DNA of 64,000 nucleotides from Dimorphilus gyrociliatus (GCA_904063045.1 CAJFCJ010000002.1:868001-932000); one strand, 5' to 3'; positions 28,228-42,700 are shown, numbered from the stretch's first letter. Notes: generated by a model not told the origin, from the sequence alone. Made by a program: numbers and translations.

Positions 28228-28861
28228 ATTATCTTTAATGACTCCGCACACACTTTTCTTGTCTAATAAACGCGAAAGAGAACTACTTTTATACTGCGAA
28301 AGTATTACTGCGCCAGTTAATTTCCTTACAAATTAGTCCAGTAACTATTCTACTTTTTGAAACTGAATTCTATTGATTTTAAGGATATTGAGCCCTTTCA
28401 AGAATTTTAAAAGATATTGTGTGAAATATCTATTTCAATTATCCAGCAGGTTATATTGGCTTTTACGTTAAGAACAGTGAACGATTGGTGGCCATTTTAA
28501 ATGGAGTAAGATTCTCGGACGAATGGAGTAAATTGTTCTGAATTTAGTCGAATTTCTTTATTCTATAGAATAATTCGCTAAAACGGAATAATGATTGAAA
28601 GTGAAATTAATATATAACATCGAGACTATTACAGCTTATGATAAAATAAAATTATATCAACGGGGATTCCCTGAGGTGTGTAATACTCATTGTAAGAATC
28701 AGAATTTTATAAAAAATATTCTAGATAACTATTGCATTTAGATTAGCAGTAACTTATCTTTTGCAATGTATTGACTTAAATATACTTAGTCTAAAATATT
28801 TTGTAAATGAATTATCAATTTTGACCGTATGTCTACCTTAATTTGATACAGATCTGGCAGT
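28228..28861. promoter_or_regulatory. Divergent (head-to-head) promoter region between SCP2 and NIPBL
   Basis: The two start codons face away from each other about 630 bp apart. Reverse CCAAT at 28484-28488 and a YY1-like GGCCATTTT at 28490-28498. Motif function is inferred. Confidence 0.55.
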
Positions 28862-31800
28862 ATGAATGGGGACATTCCTGGAGTACCTATTATAACTTTG
28901 ACCGGTACACAAAGTTTATCAGATCGTAAGTTGCTTAATATAATTGTTATCCGAGATGGAAATCATTTTTTTTTGACATTACAGCAGTCAAAGAAGTAAA
29001 TATTGCTCAACCCTTACCAGCAACGGAACAGTCTCAAAGCTTATTCCCTAATCAAGCTGTTTCGGACTATACCAGGCATAGTATGTTCAATCCGACCCCG
29101 GAGACTGTTCATCATGTTGCTAATGCGCTTTTTTCACGAAATGCCACAGATATGTAAGTAACATTTGCTTTTGTAGTATACACTTATGTGAAGTAAGAAT
29201 GATTATTGAAATAGTGAGTTGAAATCAAGCGTCTTCAATAACACAACTATTGAGGACAATTCGATGAACGAACCCCTCTTTCAACTGTTACTTCAACAGA
29301 ATTCAAACTTATTCTCTCAAACAGGTATTAAAAATTTTTACTTAAAAACATATTCATAACCAAATTTTCTCCCGCATTAGTTGCGTCACCCAACAGCGGA
29401 TATGCCTTGCCGCAATCGACAAATCGACTTCATAATCAAGTCACATGTTCTGAAAATTTTTCAATGTACTCGTAAGCAATCTTTTTCAAGAATAAGAATA
29501 TATTCAAAGTAAACGTTTCGATAGGCCACTACCACCGTTTGCTCCCGAACAACCTCTTTATTCTCAGCCCAATCATATACATAAAGGACCTCCTTTAATG
29601 TCAAGTAAGGAGTTACTAAAATCTTTAGCAATATGAAATATGTAATACATTCCAGACTCTTCGCCCATGAACGGGGATGGAAGTCATACGGTTGCTCAAA
29701 ATAGCAATAAAACCACAAGTATATTAAACATACTCATTCTTATTATTTTTTAACGAACCCAAACCTTTAGTGTCTTCACCTGCTCAAGGTTTTTCTGCAC
29801 CGTCGAGTGTAGAAATGCTGACTAGATCGGAAGATGGTCTTCAAAATGCCTCAAGTACGTCAAGCTGCAGCAATCATCAACCCTCATCTGTAATAGAACA
29901 TAAACCTCATGGAAAAGTTGTTATTTAGTTTTTTTATGCAAAGTCTTAATGTTTTCTTTTCAGGAAATACCAAGAGGTGCAAACGTAAAATGTATGTAAA
30001 CAAAACATATTAATACTATTCAAAGTCTAAAAATAAAAATATTTTAGTGGACCGTATGGATGGAAACGAGTACTCAACCGGCCCTAAAATGCACAACAGC
30101 GTTAAAGAAGAGTTTTCTAATTCTTCCCTTTCTGATCGTATTAAAAGAACACAACGCAAGCGACAAGTATCTTCTTATGCAGAATATGAAGAGGATGAAG
30201 AGCATTATATTAACAAGAAAACCAAATTTGAATCAAATTGGGATGCTCCTGATCGAGAGTCCTCTGATATATTCATACCAAACACCGTAGAAGAAATGCT
30301 AGATAGCATGTCCTACAAAAAATTTGGAAAAGCTTTAGACAAAGTTATACTGAAAACGGAAGACCTTGACATAAAATCTCTAGGTAAGCGAAGATTTTTC
30401 TTAACAGTTATTATTTAAAACTCAAATAAAACAGATACATGCGAGGATGTCACTGCCTATGATACGATAGTCAATAGGATAGTATTAGCTGACCTATGCA
30501 ACGAATCTGCAAAGTTAAAAGGTATGGGTGCAACGAAACAGGTAACACCAGGAAAACTAATAAAAGTGTTAACTATTCTACTACTACCATTGAAAATGGG
30601 ATCTAAATTACAACCCATTAAGTATACGGGTCAAGACGACGAAAGAGAAGAAGCATTATGGCGAGATTTATTAACAGATAAAGTACTTATGGCAGTTGAT
30701 GCGGCTCTAACTGCTACACATGTTATGACATCTGACGACATGCCTAAAGGAGTTTATATTGAAGATGTGATTGAAAGAATAGTTTCGTTACTAAAAGTTC
30801 AGCTTACAAATACTATCTATCCTGAGTATGATCCAGTATACAGAGTAACAGGTATAATTTCAAACATGAAACAAAGAAGAGCTAGAGCAGGCTCTGTAAC
30901 GCATCGTGGTACCCTATCATTGTACAACAAACTGGCGGAACTGATAAGTGACCTGGCCGAATTAGTGAACATTCAAGATCTTCCGGACACTATTATCTTG
31001 CATATCGCCTCTGTGGCTGTTTCTCCCTTTTTTGTTGAGAATATTGGTGATCTTCAGCTGGCTGCTCTAAAACTTGTCACCTCAGTATTTGCAAAGTACG
31101 AATCATTACGACATGTTGTGATAGAGGAGATCCTAGCATCGTTAGCAAGACTGCCATCATCGAAGAAAAATATAAGAAATTATGTTGTGCAGGGAGAGGA
31201 TCGTATACAAATGGTGACTGCTCTTGTTTTAGAACTCATTCAGAGTGTAGTTACTCTTCCTAAGATTCCTGATGGACGATCGTCACCAAACCATAATAAA
31301 TGTTCATTGCCAGATAAGGAACTACAAATAAAGACATCTTACGAAAAATCAAAGATAACAGCTAGTCAATTTCTACAAGTCTTCCTTCAGAAATGCACAA
31401 CTAAAGGCAACGAGGACCAGGATTATCGTCCACTATTTGAAAATTTTATTCAAGATTTACTTCTAGTTGTAAATAAGCCTCAATGGCCTGCTGCAGAAAT
31501 GATGCTTTGCATATTGGGGAATATTCTTGTGAATCATTTCAGTAACAAATCTATTGATATGACCATGCGAACAGCTAGTTTGGATTATCTTGGAACAGTA
31601 GCAGCCAGATTGCGAAGAGATGCTGTTAATGCTCAATCTCGAGAGGAAACACTTGATTCCATACTTCAACGGTTACAAGATACAGACGAAGATACGCCCT
31701 CTCCCTTGGTTTACCCTCAGGAAGACACTCGAGATGATGCTGAAACTGTCTCTGCAAAGAAGAAAAAGAAGAAAAAGAAAAAGAAAAAACACAGAATTGA

Positions 31801-34800
31801 AAGTGTAAGTTTTCCTGTTCTAAAAGTCATATTTTTTATGTTATCTTTGTAGGACGATGAAAATGACGAGGAAGCCGACTCTGGACACACAAAGAAATAT
31901 GAAGCTGATCGTACTCAAGAATTGCAAAAGGCTCTGTTAGATTTCCTCGTCTGTAATATGCAATTGAAACCAGCTCTCAAAGTAATCAATAATTTCCAAA
32001 ATTTTAAACTTTAAGTTTACTTTTTTTTAAATATTTAAGTTTGCACGCCAATTTTATGTCGCTCAATGGATAAACGACGCAGCTGTTAATATGAAGAAAA
32101 ATGTAGACGAGCTTGAAAAACAGCAAAAGCATGCATCGGAAGACGTTAATTTCGATTCGTCAGTTATGGATCGAATTTCCAATGTGATTCAACAATGTGA
32201 ACAAAGAAAAAGCTATTTATTGGATGAAGTTGACAAAAAAATAGATTTACCTGGAACTATTGGGTTTGTTAAAAACTTTTCATCAATTAGTATACCCTAA
32301 TGTCGTCTAATAATTTTAATACAGGCGCAAACAAACTAAGTTAGACTACTCATCAGCTTGCTTGGTTACCCGATATTTAGCATCTAACCGACCATTCTCA
32401 CAATCTTTTGATAAATATCTCTTCAACATAATAACGGTCGCCCAAGAATCGGCTGTTGCAGTGAGAACTAAGGCTATAAAGTGTCTTGGTTCTGTTGTTG
32501 AAGCGGATCCAAATGTACTCGCACGGGTAAAAGTTTTACAAATATCATTTCTCTAGAGTTTTTATTAAAATGTTCAATTTTTATACAAAAGCCTGAAGTT
32601 CACAATCTTGTCAAAGCACGCTTACTCGATCAATCTACTTCCGTGCGAGAAGCTGTTGTCGACCTGTTGGGTCGGTTTATTCTAGTTCGACCTCATCTAA
32701 TTCCTCAGTATTATCCAGTTCTGAGTGACAGAATTTTGGATACAGGTGTATCCGTAAGGAAAAGAGTCATTAAAATATTTCGAGATATTTGTTTGGAACA
32801 TCCAGAATTCGAAAAAATACCTGAAATTTGTGTTAAAATGATTCGAAGGGTTAACGATGAAGATGGAATTAAAGTAAGATATTTAATATTCTTATTATTG
32901 TATTAAAAATTCTTTTATTAGAAACTGGTGAATGAAGTGTTTCAAAATATGTGGTTGACACCAACGGATCGGAGAGATCATTCAAGAATGGTGCAAAAAG
33001 TCGTAAACATCGTTGACGTTGTTGCAGCTTGTAATGCAACAGGATTTGAGTGGTTTGAACAACTATTAGTTAATGTAACTATTTTTTTCATACGCATAGA
33101 TGCACTATCATCATATTTTATTCTTCAGTTGCTTAAAAAAGAAGAGTCGAAACAAGCTGAATTAGCGTGTGTTCAAATTGTTGATTCTTTAGTTGAGAAT
33201 GTAATTAATTTGCAAGCTGAAAAAGGTAAATAACTGCTATTATCACACACATTATTCTCATAATTTTAATATTACAGAAAGTAATCAGCGTAAACTAACT
33301 GCAACTTTTCAAACTCTTCATTTAATTTGTAAAGCAAATCCTGAGCTTCTAGTCAATCATATTACAAGCATAGCCTATTATTTAAGCTCCGATCTAACGG
33401 TAAATATAATATTAAATTTTTGAAAGCGATTAATACTCTTAAATACAACAGCCTGATGACCAAACCATGTTGATGTCAGTTATACGAATAATTGAACAAG
33501 TAGTACCCTTATTAAAACATCCAAATCCAAATTTTTTGGCAACGATAGAAGAAAATCTAGTCAAACTTTTGAGCAGTGGATCAACTTCTATAATGCAGGC
33601 CTGTTCAGCTTGTCTTGCGAGCTGTGTGAAAAATGTTACTCATAATTATGCATTAGTTAAGGATCTTTTTGAGCGATATTACGGTATGTTGATGAGAATG
33701 CAAAATGCTCACAAACAATTGGCATTCAAGGATATCTTCAAATTATATCGACCCATTTGCGCTGTTGGCGCAATTTGTCAACATTTTGACATGACCAAAG
33801 AACCTCTCTCCAGTGACTCTCAATTGCATAGAAAAGTATTTGACTTGCTGTTCTTCTTTGTTCAGAATGTTCATGATGACAGAGAAGAAGTAAATTGTCG
33901 AGCGCTTAGCAGCATCGGATGGCTATGTGTTCGACACGCTGAGTTTATGAGAGAGAGTGCATTAAAAACGTTTTATCTTACAAATTTGAGTTCCAATTCA
34001 AGAAGTGATCGGCTTAGAGTAAGAATTCTGAACAACTTGTTTACCTATCTGCAAGAAGAGGAAAATCGCATGTACAAAGAACAAGCAATCTGGAAAAACG
34101 AAGATCTAAAAGAGTTAGGAGACGTTCAATCCGGAATGGCATCAGCAATTGTACAATTGTTCATTAAGGATATTCTATCTTCCCTTTTATCTTTATCTCC
34201 TCACGTCAGATCTCAAGCCTTAAAAGTTGTCGTGAAAATTCTTAAGCAAGGTCTAATACATCCAGCCCAATGCATACCTTTCCTCGTTGCAATGGGAACA
34301 GATCAAGAGCAAATAAATAGGGCTATGTCCGAAAATTATTTGAAAGAATTTGAAAGTAATCATCCGCAATTATTTCATATGAAAGTAAAAGATGGATTCA
34401 AGCTCTCATATAAATTGCAAAAAATTGTCAATGGTGCTCGAACCATTAGGGGCGTCTATAAAGATTCCCATGGCATGTGCACAGCAAGGAATCATTTTCT
34501 ATACAATCTCGTAAAGAGCAGTCGACAATCAAGAAGAGCGTTCATCAGTAACATATTGAAACACTTTGACGATAGTAATACTGCAGATCTATCGGAATTA
34601 GTGTACTTCGCAGATAATCTTGCTCATTTTCCTTATCAAGTGCTAGACGAACCCCTATTTATAATGCATAACATCGACATGACAGTTTCTGTTGTTGGCT
34701 CAAGCTTACTTCAGTGCTTTAGAGAGGTATTTATGACGAAATAAAATTTAAAAAATACTTAGTTATACCTTCATTTCAGGTTTTCAAGATGTCAGAAACA

Positions 34801-35628
34801 GAAGAAGTAGATTTGGAGGCCGAAGACTTATTTGCCAAGTTGCCTGAGAATTGTCTATCTCTTCAACAGGTATATATGGCCTGTCAAGGGTGTTTACTTT
34901 TGTTAGTTTTAAAACAACATCTGAAGGATATGTATGGATTAACCGATGCGTAAGTATTACTTATTACATTAATTTAGACCATTTTTAATAATTTTCTTTA
35001 ACAGCAAAATACAAAGATATTCACCAAATGAAAATGCTAAAGTCTACGATAAACCTTTCACAAAGAAAACAGAAGTTGTATTTAATCCAGTTCAGGCTCT
35101 AAAATTAGTTCAATCCGGCCCCCCTAAATGTGATGACGAAGAATCAAGAAAGTCACTTCTACTGGCCTATATAAATGTTTGAATATTAATTTTCGTGAGT
35201 TTCAATTTTAATCCTATCATTTGAATTACAGTTTAAACAACTTATGATGAGTATTGATGCTGAGGAAGATATCTCTGATAGTACGGGAACCAAGCCTACA
35301 ACTGCAACATTATTAAATGCCTCTTACACTTCGACAAATGTCGTAGACGAATCAGTGAACAGTGCCATAATCAATGTTTCCAATTTTCCTGTAAGTATCT
35401 CACATTTTCAAACAGAAATATTTAAATAGACTTTTAAACAACCAAAAACAGAACACTCCTTCAGCTTCTAAATCTAATACCCCTGGATCAAAGAAATCAC
35501 GTCGGAAATTGCCACCACATTTAGCTCCTTCTAGCACCAAAAAGAAAAAGAAAAAGAAAAAGAAAAAAGCAAGCCGGTTTAGCAGTTCGGAGGAATCAAG
35601 TGACAGCGATCCGGACTTTCTTGGCTAG
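28862..35628 (+). CDS. NIPBL: Nipped-B-like cohesin loader (Scc2)
   Basis: The N-terminus MNGDIPGVPIITLTGTQSLSD resembles the NIPBL MAU2-binding start. HEAT-region motifs include YRPLFENFIQDLL..WPAAE, VAVRTKAIKCL, SVREAVVDLLGRF, DTGVSVRKRVIKIFRDIC and DNLAHFPYQVLDEPLFIMH. Acidic end SSEESSDSDPDFLG* at 35628. About 20 short introns; some N-terminal exon junctions are unresolved. Confidence 0.95.
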
Positions 35629-35941
35629 CTATCTCAATGGTGCTATTTGAGCTATTTTACAATGTTTTCATATCACTAAATTTGAAGAGAAACGGAAAAC
35701 TCAATCCTAATAATTTAAAAATTACGAAAGATTGTGTACAGCAAATTGAGTGTAGTTTGTTTTCTTGTTTTTTTTTTCCGTTTTTCTAATTAATTTGCAT
35801 TTATATGTACAGCTAGCTTTGTTACTCGATTTGCGTATTTATGTAGACGATTATGTATTATTCATCTGTGATAAATGTAAAGTTTGTTGTAAATAATCGA
35901 CGTGACGAAATTTTCAAGGTACGCTTATCGATCTACTCAAT

Positions 35942-35956
35942 ACACCAGATGGCGTT
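35942..35956 (+). promoter_or_regulatory. CTCF-like motif ACACCAGATGGCGTT
   Basis: Intergenic, between convergent NIPBL and otopetrin. Confidence 0.55.
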
Positions 35957-36197
35957 ACTAAGTTCAGTAGAATAATTCAAATTATTGTGAAAGTGAGATT
36001 TTGATGACTTCTAAAGGGAATAAAGTTTCTTTTTGGTAATACTAAAATAAACTTAAAGAGGTTAAATTTAAGAAAATTAATTTACTGCCAATGAATGCAT
36101 TTAAATTAGTAAACTGATTAAATTTAAATCACTTAGAGTAATTTATTTTGAAAAATAATTATGATTTAGAAGTATATGCACGCAACGAAGTCAAAAA

Positions 36198-38732
36198 TTA
36201 ATCCAGAGACCTCAGTGCTTTTTGTACAGCTAAACTAGCTCTTCGACAAATATCTTCGGCATCAACTCTTGAATCAAACAATATAGATCTTCCATCTTTT
36301 CCTATTTTTTTCCCATCTTCAGCGGGTCTTGAGATATGAGTGGTTTTGTTCAAAACTTCTATTATACTTGCTGAAACTGCTTTTATAATGCGATCAATAT
36401 CTATTTCGTTCGGACCCTTGTCTCTTGTTGATTTACTTAGGGTTTTATGTAACCGTCGTGCTGTATCCATCACAGTTATCGAAGGTCCCTCCTCATCCTC
36501 TGATTGTTTTAGAATATTTACTTCGGAGATACTCCGTGCAGGTTTAACCACACATGACGATGGTCTTGTCAAATTACCTGTCAATTGACCTTCTAAATGA
36601 CTTTCATCGGAACATTTCAGGTTGTATGATCTACTCCAAATATCAGCAATCATAGCTGAACAGTGGTATGAATAAAATATAAGCAACGGAATTGAAACAT
36701 TAACAATTAATATCCAAGCAGTAGGTCTATAAACATTCATCCCAAAGTGCTCCCCATCTATTTCACTAGATTTCATTTGTAATGTCCGAAAGAGCCAGCA
36801 AGCAATATTACAAATCAATAGAAAAGTTAGTGGCGATCGACCAGGCATAGATCTCGCGTCGTCTGAGTTGGTTGTATGAAGTGAAGATGCGTGTTGAATA
36901 AAGATCGCTTGAACAACTGAAGCTAAAATAGCAAACACCGAGTCAACAATAGTCATGAAAATCATAGCTCTATCATTCTTATCCACTGCTGCTGAGCTAG
37001 CTCCTATTATTCTAGCAATATGAAAGAATAGCTGCCCTCCAAGGGCTATGTACAATAAAGTACAGTCAACTTTCGATCCTGCTTTTTTTCTGTACGTTAA
37101 TTTGGACATTTTGAACATTGTAAAAATTAATCCAGCCAAATTTATTAAATTTAAAACAAAATCCGTAACGAGATACACTTTTTGTGATTCAGAACTTTTT
37201 GATGTATTGTCTAATGTTAGAAATATAATGGTAACAGCTATAAGAGCGGCCAGAACAAGAAGTCCACTTATTAAACCTCCATGAATTTTTCGAAAATCTA
37301 TATGAGATATAAGGTGAGACGACATATTTGACGATCGCACTGTAAGATTTTGCTCGTTTTGACAATTAATAGCAGAATCTTTTTTTCCCAATGTCTCAAT
37401 AGTTCCATCTATCTTTTCTTTCAGAGACATTTCTACTTCACTTAGCAATTCCAGCATTGTTGCAGAGGCCAGAAGCGAATACTCAAGAACACAGGGAAAC
37501 AGATAAGGTGTTGACTTGTTTAGTAGAGCTTCTTTTCGTATACAATCTGTGGATGAGTTTGCGGAATTTGAAATTAGGAGTCTCCTAATTGTTAGTTCAG
37601 ATGAACCATTGTTATTATAAGACTGAAAACTGTGTTGAGTTTCCTCACATAAAGTCCTGATCCAGACGCAAATATTAGTCAAAGCAACATGCATAAGACC
37701 AAATTTAATAAGGTATCGACGATTTAGTAGCTGCAATTGAGGGTGTTTCACTAAAAAAAGTGTTTGAACGATTAGAAACAATAAATATAAGGCGTTTTGT
37801 GTTACAAATTCTCCTTGACCATGTTTAGGACAATTAGAAACCAGAGTAAAGATTTTTACGATTGCATAAACAATAGTCCCTAATCCAAACATCAATCCAC
37901 CTATCCTTTGATACATGCTGGTGTGATATTCGTGACGATCTATTTCTTTATGGGAGTATAACGACGGTTCTAAAATAAGGACTTTTGGTTGTTGATCTTG
38001 TTGAATTAAGTTTAGTTCCTTTTTATGGGAAAAACTTTCTGATGTATCTGGCGTGTCTACATAGTTCCCACTAAGAATGTTGACGTATTAGGAAAATTTA
38101 TCATTTGTCTTAATCTACCTAACATATCATGTCTGTTTTTATCAACAATCTCGAACAGAGTCTGTGTTCTACCTCTTCGTTCGGATTTATCTTTGACAAT
38201 CAGCTTTTTTTGTCTACTAATTTCTCGTAACTCTAGCCATAACAGAAAAATTATAGATCCCATATACATGTAACAAAGTTGACCCTCTAGAGCGTATCTT
38301 ATCTTGGCACTTGTATGTATACTCTCTTTTAAACTCAAATTTGATAATAACACAATTACAATTATAGAATACACCATCGTTCCGTCTCGAAATCTAGTTT
38401 AAAAGTTATATTTACTATAAATAATTCTTTTAAATAAAACATTAGTTCCTATATAAACGTACAAATAACAAATTCGTTTTAAAGTTTTTATTAGAGCCTG
38501 CGGATCTTTGTCCATGATTATAGGACAAGAATTATTTAGCTTATCTTCTAACTGCTCATTATTTAGGCGTTCAATGTCATGCTCGGTGTCCCCGCCTTTC
38601 TCCGGTAAGACCCAATTTATTTTTTTATTATCAGTAAAGTATTCTGCATCTTTTTTATCTTGTATAGCTAATAAGGCAATTTAGATTAAACTATTCTGAG
38701 ATATAAATCAACTTACTTGAGTATGAATCCAT
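36198..38732 (-). CDS. Otopetrin-family proton channel
   Basis: Main exon 36198-37969 contains RIGGLMFGLG, FGLMHVALTNICVW, PYLFPCVLEYSLL, FLLICNIACW and IPLLIFYSYH. Upstream exons are about 38119-38393, about 38480-38667 and 38717-38732; the 5' junctions are partly uncertain. Confidence 0.88.
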
Positions 38733-38837
38733 TAAAATATCTTTATTATTTCAGAACATGATAATTTGTTAACAATTCAACCTATATCATACGAATAGTT
38801 TGTAAACTTCAAAAACTTAATGACATTTGTTTAAAAA

Positions 38838-39677
38838 TTAAATTTTTTTCTTTCTATCGAAGAATATTACTAATATTGAAATAATTATGGCAAATAGTAA
38901 AAATGTCAGAAATAATACTAACACAGCTAGAGTAGTACTGCGTGTAAAGTCTAATGTGTTTTGGAGTTTATTCTTGCATCCTTCGGAGTGAAGAGCATAA
39001 TGAACTTCGTCTCGTGTGGACGATAACGTTTGTAAACATCCCCGACCAATAACTATATTATCCAGTGGGCTCTCAAATCCACAGCAACCAAGCTGTCCCT
39101 GAATCCAGTCAATGACGCTAGGATTCAACGAATCCCAAACTTTTTTGAGGTCAAGCTTTAACAGTTTTAAATCTAAAATTGATACCATCTCGTTTAAAAA
39201 CTCAATAGGAAACTCACGTTTATAAACTGATAGGTTAAAAAAATAGACACTCCTAATATGATGAGGAAATTCACCAGAGCTAACACAACAAACTGAAAGT
39301 AGATCTTGTTTCATTTTCGATTGATGAAAAACTAATATGTTTTACCGCTATTAAACATTCCCGGTTATTATGTATACTTCCGCAGCAACCGATTAAACCT
39401 AATATATACACTGAGATAGCAATGGCAAGCATTAAACCAAAGTAGATCTGTTTATAACAATGTGCTTTATTAGGTCATATTTTTGATGAGACAAAACCTT
39501 ATGTCCTGTATAATGACGACCAAAATCGATATTAGCCGTATACGTAAAATATATAACGGAAGAGCAGCTTGAGATCTAAAAGCGAGTTAAATATTTTATG
39601 CTACATATAAAACAGAAGCTCACCCAAAAAAGGACATTTACGACTTTTAGAAGTGTGGGTAGTACCGCGTCTCTCAT
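38838..39677 (-). CDS. Tetraspanin
   Basis: Exons 39624-39677 (KVVNVLFW, TM1), 39498-39575, 39346-39447 (GLIGCCGSIHNNRECL, TM2), 39218-39292 or 39218-39304 (TM3), 38838-39155 (IQGQLGCCGF, four-Cys EC2, TM4). Confidence 0.85.
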
Positions 39678-39788
39678 TTTTACTCAAAATAATAAAATAA
39701 ATCGATTTTTTTGCAAGCTTTATTCAACTACAATATGATTATATGAACGATTTAAGCCGATTCTTCTATTGTATCTTGAGGGTAGTGT

Positions 39789-42700
39789 CTAAACTTCTAA
39801 TTTTATAACTTTTCCAGGTTCGACGCCTCTATTGGGAAGCTTTATTCCTTCTCTGTTAACCATTGAGATGCAATCGAGAATTGGGCAAACGGATACACAT
39901 AGAGTACAGCCAGTACAATCATCTGTCACGTGAGGAATATGTGTATTAGGATCAAATGTAATTGCTTGGTATCCAGAATCGTTACAAGTCATGTAACATT
40001 TCCCACAATTGATACACATATCATCATTTATAAGAGCAACGCTCTGCTGTTTGTTGTCAAGATCCCCGTAAGTTCCAATATGAGGTAGAGCTCTTCCAAT
40101 CATACTCTGAATGGTTGGTATTTCATAAACCTGTTTTGCATTCTCAATATCAGTAGGAAAGTACTTTTTGTCAAGTAAGTCTTTTTTCTCATTTTCTTTT
40201 TTCATCTTTTCTAGTCGCTCCTTGGCATAGTCTCCAAAAAACGGTATGGATAAATTTGTCATGATTTTCGTTTTGCCTTTTTGATGTGGCTGAGAGGGAG
40301 CACTTTGCCCTTCCCAGGATTTTGTATGTTCCAACGTATGCAAGTAGAGAAGTGTTTGCAGACCCTGAATATAGTCAGTAGCTAGAGTAAAATCCTGGTT
40401 TTGAACAGCGCTACAAATCTGAAGGGCTGAAGCTCCAGCATGAATAAACTGAAGGCCAACATCCGCAGAATCTATACCACCCGTTGCCAAGATAGGAAAG
40501 CCCGGTAGTGCGCGAGCAATTGCTGAGACGGCACGAAGAGCAATAGGTCGAATAGCATTTCCAGAAACTCCTCCATAAGTCGTTCTCTTCTCTTTACCAA
40601 CTGAGGGCCAAGCCGAATTATCATATTTCAAATGCATTAAACCGGATACAGTATTAGTTGCAGTAACACCATCTGCATTTCCCTCTTTAGCTGCTCGAGC
40701 AATAGCAACAATATCTGTTATATTCGGAGTCATTTTTGCAAAGAAAGGAATTTTGATCGATTTTCGGACCCATAAACATATATTCTTTACTAATACAGGA
40801 TCTTGACCACATGCCAAACCCATACCTCTCTCTCCCATACCATGGGGACAGGATAAATTTAGCTCCAGTAAATCGGCGCCAGCTTTCTCAGCCATCTGCG
40901 CTAGTTCAACCCAATCTTGTTCGTTATAACTACACATTATCGAAGCTATTATAACTTTTTTAGGGAAGTCTCTTTTTAGTTCAGTAATAGATCGACACCA
41001 ATATGCAGCAGTTTTTTCACTTATCAACTCAATATTTAGAAAAGAGCCTTGTCCTGGTCCATAATTGTGCCCGCTAGTACTACCTCGAACAATACGTGGT
41101 GAAACATTTGTTACTAAATCTTTATCTAATCCAAAAGTCTTGGTTAGAGCGAAACCCCATCCAGCCTCAAAAGCGCGTCGAATCATTGCTGAAGTTGTAG
41201 TTGGTGGAGCACTTGCTAGACCAAACGGATTTTCAAAGGTAATACCACATATTTCAACAGATAAACTGACTTTGTCAACATCAGTATAAAACTTAGGTAG
41301 CTCAGGAGACTCGGTAACAACTTTTTTACCTGCGATTCTTTGAAGATAACGATGCATGTTCCAAGCAGCGATTTTACCATCATTAACACTTTCAACAGTT
41401 GTTTGAGCTATACCAGCCAAGTCTCCTCCACAAAATACATCTTGTTCACTTGTAGTCATTGTTTTATCGTCAACAACAGGTAATCCCCATCGATTCAAAT
41501 TCAAAGGGCTAAGAGCCTTTGTGATTTCTTGATCAAATAAACCAGATCCAAAAGCAGATATAATATAATCAACGCGTAGCTTAACTATTTGGCTATCATC
41601 CTCTTCCCATTCGTTAGTATCTGGATTTTGCACATTTCGATGAAATTCTAGACTCCAAATTTTGTCTCCTTTCCTTTCTACTTTTTTAGGGAGTAGGAAA
41701 GGCATAAACTCGCATTTCTCCTCCTTTGCTAAATCCATTTCCTCGGGTACGGCTCTAATATTAGTAAACCCTCGACGAAAAACGACAAACACTTTTTTAG
41801 CTCCACACCTTAGAGCTGATGTTGCACAATCAAAAGCTGTATCGCCAGCTCCCAAAACTACAACGTTTCCTCGTAGAGACGGCAATTGGGAATTGCAAGA
41901 ACACATCCCTGCCTTGCTAGCAGCTGAAACACGGGGAAGAAAGCTCTTCGATGTGTAAAAACCATTTTTCTCTGATAGTCCTTCGAAAAGAGGAATTACT
42001 TTTGCGTTTGGCAGACCAAAACCAAGAAATATAGCTTTATTTCCACTTTTTTTAAGACTATCAAGTGTTAGTCCATTGCATGCCGAAAACGGTTTATTCA
42101 GTTCGACTTTTACGCCTAAATCTTTCATTAGTTTTATTTCAAAATTTACGGCATCAAAAGGAAGACGGAATTGAGGAATCTCCGAAGAGCTCAAACCACC
42201 CACAAAATCGTTCTTTTCATAAATGACTACGTTCGAGTAACCAAGTCTTGCCAAGAAAGTTGCACAGCTAATGCTTGCTGGTCCACAACCAACTAAAGCT
42301 ATAGGCTGTCTAAAAGAATCATCTAGATCTTCCAGAGCAGGAGCAGCAGGATCACGAATTTGTTTCAAATGCATCTTTTTGAAAGCTTCAACAGCAAATT
42401 GTTGTAGCCCTCCTATATTTATGCCACCCTCCTCACTAGCTTCTAGATTGCAACTGCCAACGCATAAATCTGATGTTGGACATACCATTCCACAAGTTAA
42501 ACCCAATGGATTATCAGATAAAATTGCCTTTGCCGCTCCATAATAGTTCTAAAAGAATAACAAAATGTAAATCAAAGTCTACGCTTTAACACTTTCAAGA
42601 CCTTGAGTATTGATTACACTATTCTAATCATTTGCGCTTTGGCCTACTTTTAGATATGACGTTAGCCGATATTTCGTCTTTAAAATGTTACTTACTTTGT

